Assembly (NCBI GenBank): GCA_965202625.1
Contig: CBDBBI010000010.1
Coordinates: forward strand, 1,632,001-1,696,000
Source of the DNA: a bacterium
GTDB taxonomy: Bacteria > UBA8248
DNA length: 64,000 bases
Direction: 5' to 3'
Part shown: positions 1 to 9,314 of the stretch, piece by piece
Layout of the letters: each line of letters begins with the position of its first letter
Numbering within the stretch: position 1 is the first letter of the stretch
Notes under the pieces: generated by a model
Databases searched by the model: none
What the model saw: the letters and a program-made list of their open reading frames with translations, nothing else
What the model was told of the DNA's origin: nothing
Translations under genes and position numbers: made by a program

Positions 1-821
1 GAGAAGAGGCAAGTTCTCACCATGCCGTCCGCCGTCAAGCGGATGCGGTTGCAGGCCTGGCAGAAAGGCCGCGTGACCGAGGCGATGACGCCCACCTCGC
101 CCTTTCCATCCTTGTAGCGGTAGCGCGTCGCAGGGTCCGAAGGATGACCGCTCACGATTTCGAGCTCCCCCTCCACCGAGAGATGCTGAAGTATCTCCTC
201 CCCCGTCAAGACCTTCTCGTGTGCCCAGGCGCGATCCGCGTCGAGCGGCATGTATTCGATGAAGCGCACCACGTGGCCCGTCTCGCGCGACCACCTCGCG
301 AAACGGGGCAGCTCTTCTTCGCTCAGCCCCTTGACAGCCACCGCGTTAATCTTGATCGGTGAGAATCCGGCCGTCGCGGCCGCCTCAATGCCCGCCATCA
401 CCTGGCTGAAAACGTCGCGGCGCGTCATCAGGAGGAATTTGCTCGCATCCATGGAATCGAGGCTGACGTTCACGCGTCTTAGTCCGGCCGCATACAAATC
501 CTTCGCCATCTGGGGGAGCAGGACGCCGTTGGTCGTCAGCGCAAGGTCCATGTCGGGCTGAATCTCGATCATCTGTTCAATGAGGAGATGAATGTCCTTG
601 CGCAGGAGCGGCTCGCCGCCCGTGAGGTGATAGCTCGAGAATCCGAGCTCGGTGGTAATGCGCACCAAGCGGGCGATCTCCTCATATTGGAGAATGTCCA
701 CGTGAGGCAGCCACGTCATGCCCTCCTCGGGCATGCAGTAGAAGCAGCGGAAGTTGCACCTATCCGTCACCGAGATTCTCAAATCATCATGCTCGCGTCC
801 GTAGCGATCGAATAATCCCAC
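1..821 (-). CDS. moaA: GTP 3',8-cyclase MoaA (radical SAM); 3' end runs off the window
   Basis: Manual translation from GTG at 821: VGLFDRYGREHDDLRISVTDRCNFRCFYCMP (CxxxCxxC), TGGEP, RFIEYMP and the second cluster motif FCQACNRIRLTADG..RTCLF. No stop codon before base 1. Confidence 0.95.
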   Translation of the reverse strand, partial: MGLFDRYGREHDDLRISVTDRCNFRCFYCMPEEGMTWLPHVDILQYEEIARLVRITTELGFSSYHLTGGEPLLRKDIHLLIEQMIEIQPDMDLALTTNGVLLPQMAKDLYAAGLRRVNVSLDSMDASKFLLMTRRDVFSQVMAGIEAAATAGFSPIKINAVAVKGLSEEELPRFARWSRETGHVVRFIEYMPLDADRAWAHEKVLTGEEILQHLSVEGELEIVSGHPSDPATRYRYKDGKGEVGVIASVTRPFCQACNRIRLTADGMVRTCLF

Positions 822-826
822 GTTTC

Positions 827-2788
827 CTAGTCCTCAGTGGCGTGTTCCGTCATCACGCAGCCCGTCAACTCCGTATTATACCCCCCCAATGCCTCCACGC
901 TATCCTGAAAAGCCTGATCGCGCAAAATCTCCATCACCTTTTGTATCGCGCTCATCTCCCAATGGGTCTTGGGCACGATGAAATCGAAACGCTCGCGCTC
1001 CAAAGGGATGAAATCGAGGTCCAGCAGCCGGGCGGCGGCGAATATCCCTAAGCCGCAATCCGCGCGTCCCGCCGCCACCGCCATGGCCATCGCCATGTGC
1101 GTGGTCTCCACACGTTCATAGCCCTTTATTCGTTCCGGCGACAATCCGGCGCGCGCCATCAGATGATCGAGCAGGACCCGCGTGCCCGCCCCGCTCTGGC
1201 GATTGGCGATGGCCACGTCCTCGCGGCTCAAATCGGATATCCGCGTGATGCCTTTAGGGTTTCCCTTAAGCACCAGGATGCCCTGTTCGCGCTGAACGAA
1301 ATTCACCACCACGACATCACGCCCCCTGAGATAGCGCTTGACGTAGGGCCAGTTGTAGTTCCCCGTCTCCGGATCCAGTAAGTGAGTTCCCGCGAGGTGC
1401 GCCTCGCCGTCTCGCACGGCGATGAGTCCCGCCATCGAACCGACCGCCGAGGCGGAAAGGCGCATGTCCTGGTGCCGGCTTCTTAACTCATCCGCCAGCA
1501 AGTCGAGGGCGTTGTCGTGGCTGCCCGCCATGAGCAGGTTGCCCCTGATCTCGCCCAGGGGCCTTAAAAGTTCGACGGCGACCTCATCGCCCGCCTCGAT
1601 GCCTTCCGATTGGGCGGACACGCGCACCACGCCGTCGGCCTCCACGAGCGAGCTGACGACGCTGGCCCCGCGCTTGGCGGGAAGGCAAACCATCCGCTCG
1701 CCCACCTGGCCGAGTTTCACGCGCAAGAATTCCTCCATTCCGAGCCTTGAGGCGCTCTTGCGGCTCATGAAGGCGCTCACTCGCTCCTCCCTTCCGGAAG
1801 CCGCACCCGCCATGTGCGCCAGCAGGGGTCGCACGAACTCCTGGACCGCCAGTGCCGCCGACACCGGATAGCCTGGAATACCGAGAACGGGCTTTCGCTC
1901 GCCTGACTTCGACCGACAAATGCCCAATATGGTGGGTTTGCCTGGGAAAATGGCCACTCCATGCACCAAAACCTCCCCAAGTTTCTCCACGACGGCCGCC
2001 GTGCAATCCTCCCGGCCCGCCGATGAGCCCGCATTCACCAGAACGACGTCCGCGCTCTCGAGCGCGTCGCGAACCGCGTCCTCAATAGCATCAAACCTAT
2101 CTCCAATTATCGAGCAGCACGCCGCCTCTCCTCCCCATTCAGCGATGAAGGCCGACAACATGACGGAGTTGAACTCCACGAGGTCGCCCGGTCTCAGATC
2201 GGCGCCAGCCTCGACGAGCTCATCTCCCGTGGGAATGATGGCGACGCGCGGACGCCGGCGCACGCGCACCCGCGTGAGGCCCGCGGCGAGAAGCGCGCCC
2301 AGATCATAAGGCCTCAACGTGTGGCCCGCCGTGAGGATGAGCTGGCCCTCGACGATGTCCTCTCCCGCCACGCGGACGTTCTGCCAGGGCGAGAGCGCCG
2401 CCTCGATACGAATCGCGCCGAAATTCGCCTCGTGCACGTGCTCAATCATGACGACGCAATCCGCCCCCTCGGGCAGCGGATCACCCGTGTCAAGGGGATG
2501 GGCCCCCTCTCCAACGAAAAACTCCTTTGGCTTCACCGGCGTTGCGCCGAAGGTCTCCGCCGAGGCGAGTGCGTATCCATCCATGGCGGCGGCGTGAAAG
2601 TGCGGGCTGGAAATCCGCGCGTAGATCGCGCGCGCCGTCACGCGTCCGAGCGCATCGGGCGTCGGGATTTCCTCCTCTTCAAGGCGAGACGTACCCAGTT
2701 TCTGTAGTAGACGCGAGAGTGCCTCCTCGCGTGGAACGTTTTCCAGATAAATTTTCCGGCCCCCTTGGGCCGAGGATGAACCTCGCAT
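827..2788 (-). CDS. moeA: Molybdopterin molybdotransferase MoeA fused to a C-terminal periplasmic-binding-protein-like domain
   Basis: AAMDGYA, TGDEL, GSSAG and PGKP/PGYP MoeA motifs, then GSHD..GSMAGL..RQSGAGTR typical of the PBP domain. Confidence 0.92.
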   Translation of the reverse strand: MRGSSSAQGGRKIYLENVPREEALSRLLQKLGTSRLEEEEIPTPDALGRVTARAIYARISSPHFHAAAMDGYALASAETFGATPVKPKEFFVGEGAHPLDTGDPLPEGADCVVMIEHVHEANFGAIRIEAALSPWQNVRVAGEDIVEGQLILTAGHTLRPYDLGALLAAGLTRVRVRRRPRVAIIPTGDELVEAGADLRPGDLVEFNSVMLSAFIAEWGGEAACCSIIGDRFDAIEDAVRDALESADVVLVNAGSSAGREDCTAAVVEKLGEVLVHGVAIFPGKPTILGICRSKSGERKPVLGIPGYPVSAALAVQEFVRPLLAHMAGAASGREERVSAFMSRKSASRLGMEEFLRVKLGQVGERMVCLPAKRGASVVSSLVEADGVVRVSAQSEGIEAGDEVAVELLRPLGEIRGNLLMAGSHDNALDLLADELRSRHQDMRLSASAVGSMAGLIAVRDGEAHLAGTHLLDPETGNYNWPYVKRYLRGRDVVVVNFVQREQGILVLKGNPKGITRISDLSREDVAIANRQSGAGTRVLLDHLMARAGLSPERIKGYERVETTHMAMAMAVAAGRADCGLGIFAAARLLDLDFIPLERERFDFIVPKTHWEMSAIQKVMEILRDQAFQDSVEALGGYNTELTGCVMTEHATED

Positions 2789-2833
2789 CCGCCCGCGCCT
2801 CGTCTCCTGAAAAACCCGCCTGCAGGTGCGTCC

Positions 2834-4075
2834 TTAATAGAGAGTCACGCGCACCTGCGCCCCCTCGCGCAACCCCTCCGCCTCCTGTGGAATCGTGACG
2901 TAGCCGTCGGCCTTCGTCATGGTCGAGATCATGGCGGAATTGCCCATCAGGGGATGGGCGACGCGCCCTTCTTCACCCTGCGTAAGCCAGACGCGAACCA
3001 TGTCCTCGCGTCCGGGGGCCGAGGCCACGTTCCTCGAAAGCGCGGCGGGCAGACCCTCCGGGGCCGCCTCCGCGCGCGTCGCCTCGCCGCTCAACTGCTT
3101 GAGGACGGGACGGACAAAAACGTGAAAAATCATGAGCGCGGAGACCGGATGCCCCGGAATCCCGATGACGGCCTTCTCTAAGCCGCCCCGATGGATGCGT
3201 CCGATGATGGTCGGCTTGCCGGGCTTGATAGAGATTCCATGAACCAGGACGCCTGGCTCTCCAAGGGAATTGATGGCCTCCACCGTGTAATCTCGAAGGC
3301 CCATCGAGCTGCCGCCGGAGATTAGCACGACGTCCGCGCGGCGGACCGCTCCCTCCAGACGCTCCTTGATGACGGCGAGATCATCGGGAAGAATCGAGTC
3401 GGTCTCTGGCACGCCGCCCGCCTCGATCACCCCCGCCGCCAGCGAGAAACGATTGATGTCGCGCACCTCGCCCGTACGGGGCGTCTCACGGGGATCGATC
3501 AACTCATCGCCCGTGGGCAGTATCGCCACCAGAGGGCGGCGGCGGACTTCGACCGAGGTGACGCCAACGCCGGCGAGCGCGCCAATATCCTGGCTCCTCA
3601 GCCGCGCACCCGACCCCAAAATCAACTCGCCCCGCTTCAGATCGTCGCCTATCGCCAGAACGTTTTCGCCCACGGCAGCGGGGCGTCTCACCTCCAGGGT
3701 CTCGCAGTCGGGGGCCGAGGTGAATTCCTCCATCACCACCGCGTCCGCCCCCTCTGGCATCATGCCGCCGGTGAGGATGCGTCCCGACTCGCCCCGGCCA
3801 ATCGAGAACCCTGGTACCGCTCCCATGGGCACGCGCCCGACGACTTGAAGATAGGCGGGTATCGATTCGCTCGCGCCAAAGGAATCCGCCGCCCGGAGCG
3901 CATACCCATCCATAGTGGCGCGCGGGAAATCGGGCAGATCAACAGGAGAGCGGACTTCCTCGGCGAGGACGCGGCCCACCGCATCAAAGGAGGGGAGTCT
4001 CTCCGCCTCCAACGCGCGGAACCCGCAAAGCGCGCGTTTCGCCTCCTCTGGCGATACAACCTTGAAGAATTCCAT
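2834..4075 (-). CDS. moeA: Molybdopterin molybdotransferase MoeA (gephyrin E-like)
   Basis: MDGYA, TGG-MPEGADAVVMEE, TGDEL, SGGSSMG, KPGKP, PGHP. Start placed at ATG 4075 (MEFFKV). Confidence 0.93.
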   Translation of the reverse strand: MEFFKVVSPEEAKRALCGFRALEAERLPSFDAVGRVLAEEVRSPVDLPDFPRATMDGYALRAADSFGASESIPAYLQVVGRVPMGAVPGFSIGRGESGRILTGGMMPEGADAVVMEEFTSAPDCETLEVRRPAAVGENVLAIGDDLKRGELILGSGARLRSQDIGALAGVGVTSVEVRRRPLVAILPTGDELIDPRETPRTGEVRDINRFSLAAGVIEAGGVPETDSILPDDLAVIKERLEGAVRRADVVLISGGSSMGLRDYTVEAINSLGEPGVLVHGISIKPGKPTIIGRIHRGGLEKAVIGIPGHPVSALMIFHVFVRPVLKQLSGEATRAEAAPEGLPAALSRNVASAPGREDMVRVWLTQGEEGRVAHPLMGNSAMISTMTKADGYVTIPQEAEGLREGAQVRVTLY

Positions 4076-4363
4076 CGGGCCTTTCCAAGAATGAAAAACC
4101 AACCGCTGCACACGCAGGGCTGGTCGCTAAATCAGCGGGCGTCCACGGCGAATTTCGTCCGGGGCCCTCTTGAGGGATGGGAGGCCGCGCCGCATCCCGC
4201 GATGGTCCCTCGGCCCACCGCCTGCGACCTGAAACGAGGCAACGGACCCACCATTCATCTTAGGGAAGACGGACGCTCAAGGAAACCCTCACCCGCTTCG
4301 GCAGCAAAGGATAACGACCTAGACGGAGCACCTCGGGATTCTCAGACGCAAGCGAGACGAATT

Positions 4364-4573
4364 TCAGCCTCTATCCCCATCTCCAGCGACGGAAGGGGCA
4401 GGCTCCTTCTTTTTCTCGGGCAGTTCCGCGTCGTCGCTCAACCCCTTCTTGAAACTCTTGATTCCACGCGCGAGACCAGAGCCGATCTCGGGCAGGCGCT
4501 TCGCGCCGAAGACCAACACGCATATCGCCAAGATGACCAGGAGCTCGGGTATACCCATATTCATCGGGAACAT
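4364..4573 (-). CDS. tatA: Twin-arginine translocase subunit TatA/E
   Basis: GIPELLVILAICVLVFGAKRLPEIGSGLARGIKSFKK: TM helix, FG hinge and amphipathic helix. Confidence 0.95.
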   Translation of the reverse strand: MFPMNMGIPELLVILAICVLVFGAKRLPEIGSGLARGIKSFKKGLSDDAELPEKKKEPAPSVAGDGDRG

Positions 4574-4597
4574 TGGGAAACTCCTTCAGAGGACCGA

Positions 4598-5794
4598 TCA
4601 GGAGGCGGCGTCCGCGAATACTTGCGTAGCGGCTCCGACGCCATCTCCAGCCTGCGTAATATATCCCAATTTCGAGAAAATCACTTCCAGCGCCGAGAGG
4701 AGATAGACCACGTTCGCCTGGGTGGCGCCGTGCCCCATCATCCCGACGCGCCATATCTTGCCGGCGACGGCGCCCAATCCGCCGCCAATCTCGACGTTGA
4801 AATCACGCAGCAACCGCTTGCGTATCGCGCCGTCATCCATCCCCTCTCTGAGGGTGATGGTGTTGAGGGTCGGGGTGCGCACGCCCTCCTGCGCGAACAT
4901 GGACATCCCCAAGGCTTCGACGCCCGCCTGGAGCGCCCGGCTCGCCAGAGCGTGTCTCTTGAAGCGGGGCTCCAGCCCCTCCTCAAAGATGATGCGGAGA
5001 GCTTCTCGAATCGCGTAGTTCATAGAGACGGGGCCGGTGTGGTGATAGACGCGTTCATTGCCCCAGTATTTCTCCACCATGCTCACGTCGAAGTACCAGC
5101 TCGTAACCTTCGATTTTCGCTCGCGCACCTTGCCGAGCGCGCGTTCGCTGAAAGTGATCGGCGCCACGCCCGGCGGGCATGCAAGGCATTTCTGCGTGCC
5201 GCTGTAGGCGATCTCCACGCCCCACTTGTCCAGTTCCACGGGCACGCCGCCGAGAGAGGTGACGCAATCAAGCAGCAGCAGCACGCCGTGCGCCCGGCAC
5301 ATCTCGCCAATTTCCTCCACCGGCTGGAGCACGCCCGTGCTCGTCTCCGCGTGGACGATTCCGAGCATGACGGCGTCCGGATGCGCGTCGAGCGCGGCTT
5401 TCACGTCCTGGGGGTCAACGGGCCGGCCCCAAGGGGCCTCGACGCGAACGACCTCTGCACCATAGCGGGCGGCCACATCGCTCATCCGCTCGCCGAACAC
5501 GCCGTTCACGCAGACGATGGCCTTATCGCCCGGTTCGATCACGTTGCAAACAGACGCCTCCATCGCCGCGCTGCCCGTGCCAGAGACGGGAAACGTCACC
5601 TGGTTCTCCGTGTGGAAGAGTGCGCGCAGCATCCTCTGGCAATCATCCATCACTTCCAGAAAGTCGGGGTCCAGATGCCCCACCACGTGGGTGCTCATGG
5701 CTTTCAGGATTCTCGGATGCACCGGGCTGGGCCCTGGCCCCAACAACAAACGCAAATGCGGATTCAACTCTCCGGACAAAATTTTTCCCCTCAC
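4598..5794 (-). CDS. Alanine-glyoxylate/serine-pyruvate aminotransferase (class V PLP enzyme)
   Basis: LLLGPGPS, SGTGSAAME, VHAETSTG, YSGTQKCL (PLP Lys), YHHT. The start may be a few codons downstream. Confidence 0.92.
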   Translation of the reverse strand: MRGKILSGELNPHLRLLLGPGPSPVHPRILKAMSTHVVGHLDPDFLEVMDDCQRMLRALFHTENQVTFPVSGTGSAAMEASVCNVIEPGDKAIVCVNGVFGERMSDVAARYGAEVVRVEAPWGRPVDPQDVKAALDAHPDAVMLGIVHAETSTGVLQPVEEIGEMCRAHGVLLLLDCVTSLGGVPVELDKWGVEIAYSGTQKCLACPPGVAPITFSERALGKVRERKSKVTSWYFDVSMVEKYWGNERVYHHTGPVSMNYAIREALRIIFEEGLEPRFKRHALASRALQAGVEALGMSMFAQEGVRTPTLNTITLREGMDDGAIRKRLLRDFNVEIGGGLGAVAGKIWRVGMMGHGATQANVVYLLSALEVIFSKLGYITQAGDGVGAATQVFADAAS

Positions 5795-6020
5795 TCAAAT
5801 CTAGAACTTCTGAACCGACGAAAGGCTTCCACCTGCTCCTGCAGCCTCTCAATCTAAAATACAAAGGCAGAATGCTACCACAGGGACAAGCAATCGGAAA
5901 AGGCGGCGGGGAGACACAAGCGGAAAACTCCAGGAGGGGACAGCCGCATACTTCAAGGAAACGCGCGTAATCCCCAGAAAAGCGGAACGATTCTAAAGGA
6001 AGGCGCATTTTGCCCTGGCG

Positions 6021-6524
6021 CTACTCCCCATCAAGGGCGATGCTCTCGTAATCGGGGATGGCGCCCATGCCCTTCTTGGCGGCGAGGGACTTTCGTTCAT
6101 ATTGCATCACCAGTTCTCCACGCTGGTTGTAGGCGCGCGTCTCGATCGACACGACTCCCCGGTCGGGCTTGCTCTTCGATTCGCGCTTGTCGAGAATCTT
6201 CGACTCCGCGTAGAGCGTATCGCCAGCGAAGACGGGGCGGGGCATCTTGATGTAGGTCCACTCCAGGTTCGCCACCGATCGGTAGGAGGTGTCGGTGACC
6301 GTCATGCCGGCAACGACGGCCAGGGTGAGCGCCGAGTTGACCAGCGGCTTGCCGAACTGGGTCTTCGAGGCGTAGTGGGCGTCGAAGTGAATCGGGTGGG
6401 TGTTGTTCGTCAGCAGGGTGAACCAGGTGTTGTCTGATTCGAGTATGGTGCGGCCTGGTCTATGCTTGATAATCTCGCCCACCACGAAATCCTCATACCA
6501 GCGTCCCATCTGAAAATCCGGCAT
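6021..6524 (-). CDS. MaoC-family (hot-dog fold) dehydratase
   Basis: GRWYEDF..GRTI.ESDN.WFT..N.HPIHFD, PVFAGDTL. ATG 6524 follows a GGAGA RBS. Confidence 0.88.
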   Translation of the reverse strand: MPDFQMGRWYEDFVVGEIIKHRPGRTILESDNTWFTLLTNNTHPIHFDAHYASKTQFGKPLVNSALTLAVVAGMTVTDTSYRSVANLEWTYIKMPRPVFAGDTLYAESKILDKRESKSKPDRGVVSIETRAYNQRGELVMQYERKSLAAKKGMGAIPDYESIALDGE

Positions 6525-6545
6525 TTCTCCTTCCCCCTCACCCAC

Positions 6546-7697
6546 CTACGCGGGATATCGCTCCACGAGCCTCTTGGCGATAATGAGGCGCTGAATCTCG
6601 TTCGACCCCTCGCCCACCACCAGAAGCTTCGAGTCTCTGAAATAGCGCTCCACCGGCAACTCCTGAATGTAGCCCATGCCGCCGTGTACCTGAATGGCCT
6701 CGCTCGCGCAAAACTCGGCCGTCTCCGAGGCAAAGAACTTGGCCATTCCGGCCTCCAGATCGCAGCGCTTGCCCTGGGCTTTGAGGTTCGCCGCGTGGTA
6801 GGTCATCAGCTTCGACGCGTGAATGCGCGTTCCCATCTCGGCGAGCTTCGCCTGTATCAACTGGTGTCCGGCCAAAGGTTTGCCGAACGTTTCCCGCTGC
6901 TGGGCGTAGCGCATCGAATCCTCAAACGCCGCCCGCGCCAGACCCACGCTGCGCGCCGCCACGTTGATGCGGCCACCCTCCAAAGCGCTCATGATCATCG
7001 GGAAGCCCTCGTTTTCCTTCCCCAGAAGATTCTCGAGCGGTGCGCGCGCGTCCTCAAATATCAACTCGCTGGTGCGAATGCCCCGGTAGCCCATCTTCTT
7101 CAGATGCCGGCTCACCTGAAAACCAGGCGTTCCCTTGTGAACGAGGATGCAGGAGATGCCCTTCGCCTTAGGTCTATCGGAATCCGTTCGCGCGAACACG
7201 CTAAACATCGTGCCGTGCTCAGCGTTCGAGATGTACATTTTCGATCCGTTCATCACCCATTGGTCACCCTCCCTTACCGCCCGCGTCTTGAGAGCGGCGG
7301 CGTCAGAACCTGAGCCCGGCTCGGTAAGCGCCATGCCCGAGCGCCACTCGCCGGTGGCCATTTTGGGGAGGTAGCTCTTTTTCTGCTCATCCGTTCCGTA
7401 ATGAAGGATCATCCAGGCGGTCATCATGTGCGTACCCAGAATGCCCGCCACGCTCATCCAACCGACGGACAACTCCTCCATGGCAATGGCGTAGCACACC
7501 TCGTCCATGCCGCTTCCGCCATATTCCTCTGGTATCGTCAAACCGAAAAATCCGAGCTCCCGCATTTTCTCCACCACGGGCGTGGGGTATCTATCGGCGA
7601 GCTCGTATTCCATGGCGATGGGGATGACCTCGCGATCGACGAAATCCTTCATCATCCTCTGGACGCTCAGCTGCAGTTCCGTGAACTCAAAATCCAA
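6546..7697 (-). CDS. Acyl-CoA dehydrogenase
   Basis: IPEEYGG, ALTEPGSGSD, NGSKMYISN, KMGYRG, RETFGKP, QVHGGMGY, GEGSNEIQR (catalytic Glu). Confidence 0.95.
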   Translation of the reverse strand: MDFEFTELQLSVQRMMKDFVDREVIPIAMEYELADRYPTPVVEKMRELGFFGLTIPEEYGGSGMDEVCYAIAMEELSVGWMSVAGILGTHMMTAWMILHYGTDEQKKSYLPKMATGEWRSGMALTEPGSGSDAAALKTRAVREGDQWVMNGSKMYISNAEHGTMFSVFARTDSDRPKAKGISCILVHKGTPGFQVSRHLKKMGYRGIRTSELIFEDARAPLENLLGKENEGFPMIMSALEGGRINVAARSVGLARAAFEDSMRYAQQRETFGKPLAGHQLIQAKLAEMGTRIHASKLMTYHAANLKAQGKRCDLEAGMAKFFASETAEFCASEAIQVHGGMGYIQELPVERYFRDSKLLVVGEGSNEIQRLIIAKRLVERYPA

Positions 7698-7742
7698 TGT
7701 ACCCTCCTTCCTTCCCGGAATTCATCCGGTGAAACGCGCGCG

Positions 7743-8921
7743 TCAAATCACACCCTCACGGCGCAAGGCGGCCGCCTCATCAAAAGAGTAGCCCAACCGC
7801 TCCAACACCTCCTCCGTATGGGCGCCCAGCCCGGGCGGGTGTTCGAGCCTTGGCTCCATCGCGCTGAATTTCACCGGAAAACGACACATTCTCAGTCTCC
7901 CGTATTCGCCCGCCACCTCGGGGAAAATTTCGCGGTGCGCCGTCTGCGGGTGATCGCACACCTCGCCCAAATCGTTCACCGCCCCGCAGGGAACGCCCGC
8001 CTCTAGAAAAATTCGCCGCCACTCCTCGCGCTCCCTGGTGGCGAGAATCGGCAGGATACGCGAGAGAAGCGCCTCTTTGTTCGCGTACCTTTCCGCGTTG
8101 GTCAAAAAGCGCGGATCATCCACCCATTCGGGGTGTCCGAGAACCTCCGAGAACAGACGCCAGGTGTTCTCGCTTCCGCACGCGATGGCGATGAGCTTCC
8201 CATCCTTGGCGGGGTAGGCTCCATAAGGCGCCAGAAAGTGGTGCCCTACCCCGACCCGATGCGGTTTTTTCCCATGCAAATGATACAGAAAGTGAAAATA
8301 GCCCTGCATGCTCACCATACAGTCGAACATCGAGACGTCCAGCTCCTGGCCCTCACCCGTCCGATCGCGCTGCCTGAGCGCCATCATCGCGCCCAAGGCA
8401 ACGAAAAGCCCCGTCACCCCATCGCAGATGGAGTGGGCCATCTTCGCCGGAGATTCTGGCGGCCCCGTCATCTCAATAATGCCCGCCTCCGCCTGAATGA
8501 GGCCGTCAAACGCCTTCATGTCGCGGTAGGGACCATCCTGTCCGTAGCCGGAGGCGTGAATGTAGATGATGTCCGGTTTTATCCGCTTCACGTCCTCGTA
8601 AGCGAAGCCGATCCTGCCGACGGCGCCGGGGCTAAAATTCTCCAGAAAAACGTCCGCTTCCTGGAGCATCTCGCTCAAAATCTTCTTTCCTCGCTCGTCT
8701 TTTAAGTTGAGCGTCACGCTCTTCTTGTTGGGGTTCACCCAAAAATGCACCGCCCCTTCGCCGAATACTTCATTGTCCCAAAGTCGGACCATATCGCCCG
8801 TCCCTGGCGCCTCGACCTTCAAAACTTCCGCGCCGAAGTCGGACAGATGGCGCAACCCCACCGGCCCGCTGATGGACACCCCCAGCGAGACGACCCGAAC
8901 GCCTTCGAGCGGAAGCGACAT
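7743..8921 (-). CDS. Family III CoA-transferase (CaiB/BaiF)
   Basis: PLEGVRV, GAEVLKVE, NPNKKS..LNLK, ENFSPG, SGYGQDGPY, AFD (catalytic Asp), PGLGAHT. Confidence 0.95.
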   Translation of the reverse strand: MSLPLEGVRVVSLGVSISGPVGLRHLSDFGAEVLKVEAPGTGDMVRLWDNEVFGEGAVHFWVNPNKKSVTLNLKDERGKKILSEMLQEADVFLENFSPGAVGRIGFAYEDVKRIKPDIIYIHASGYGQDGPYRDMKAFDGLIQAEAGIIEMTGPPESPAKMAHSICDGVTGLFVALGAMMALRQRDRTGEGQELDVSMFDCMVSMQGYFHFLYHLHGKKPHRVGVGHHFLAPYGAYPAKDGKLIAIACGSENTWRLFSEVLGHPEWVDDPRFLTNAERYANKEALLSRILPILATREREEWRRIFLEAGVPCGAVNDLGEVCDHPQTAHREIFPEVAGEYGRLRMCRFPVKFSAMEPRLEHPPGLGAHTEEVLERLGYSFDEAAALRREGVI

Positions 8922-8923
8922 TT

Positions 8924-9070
8924 TCAAGTTTCCTCAAAAACGAGGGCATGGCGGCAAGCGCGGCGGGAATCGCCTGGAGCATTCAAGACCGGCTGCGGCT
9001 TCCGATCGTTCTCAACGAACGCTCTCCTCTCGAATATGGAGACGGCGCCCGGCACTTTCACGTCCTCGGA
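8924..9070 (-). pseudogene. Possible 3' remnant of a GntR/UTRA-domain regulator
   Basis: Reads VKVPGAVSIFERRAFVENDRKPQPVLNAPGDSR..RHALVF*, resembling UTRA C-terminal strands. Its stop lies just upstream of the CoA-transferase start, and no HTH part is visible upstream. Confidence 0.35.
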
Positions 9071-9314
9071 GTTTTGGTGGTTTCTCAACGATCGCACCCG
9101 CATCAAAGAGAAATGACCATACACCAATAATTTCAGGGATGACAAGGCAAGGGGGACGTTGTCAAGGAGGTAGAGGAACGAAAGTCTCAGGCGGTTGTTT
9201 AGTCTTAGAATACAAGAATGGAAGATATGAAGGTGAAACCAGAGGGGGCAGAAAATCAATCGCGCGCACAGATTTAGCGGTAATGCGAACGTCGCGTCAA
9301 GTGTTCCAGCGCGC

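Noticed and set aside
3845-5857. 670-aa plus-strand ORF, and similar long antisense ORFs (16552-17964, 36183-37391, 54144-55466, 62255-63772)
   Set aside because: They shadow well-supported genes on the opposite strand, have no motifs, and are expected in GC-rich coding DNA.
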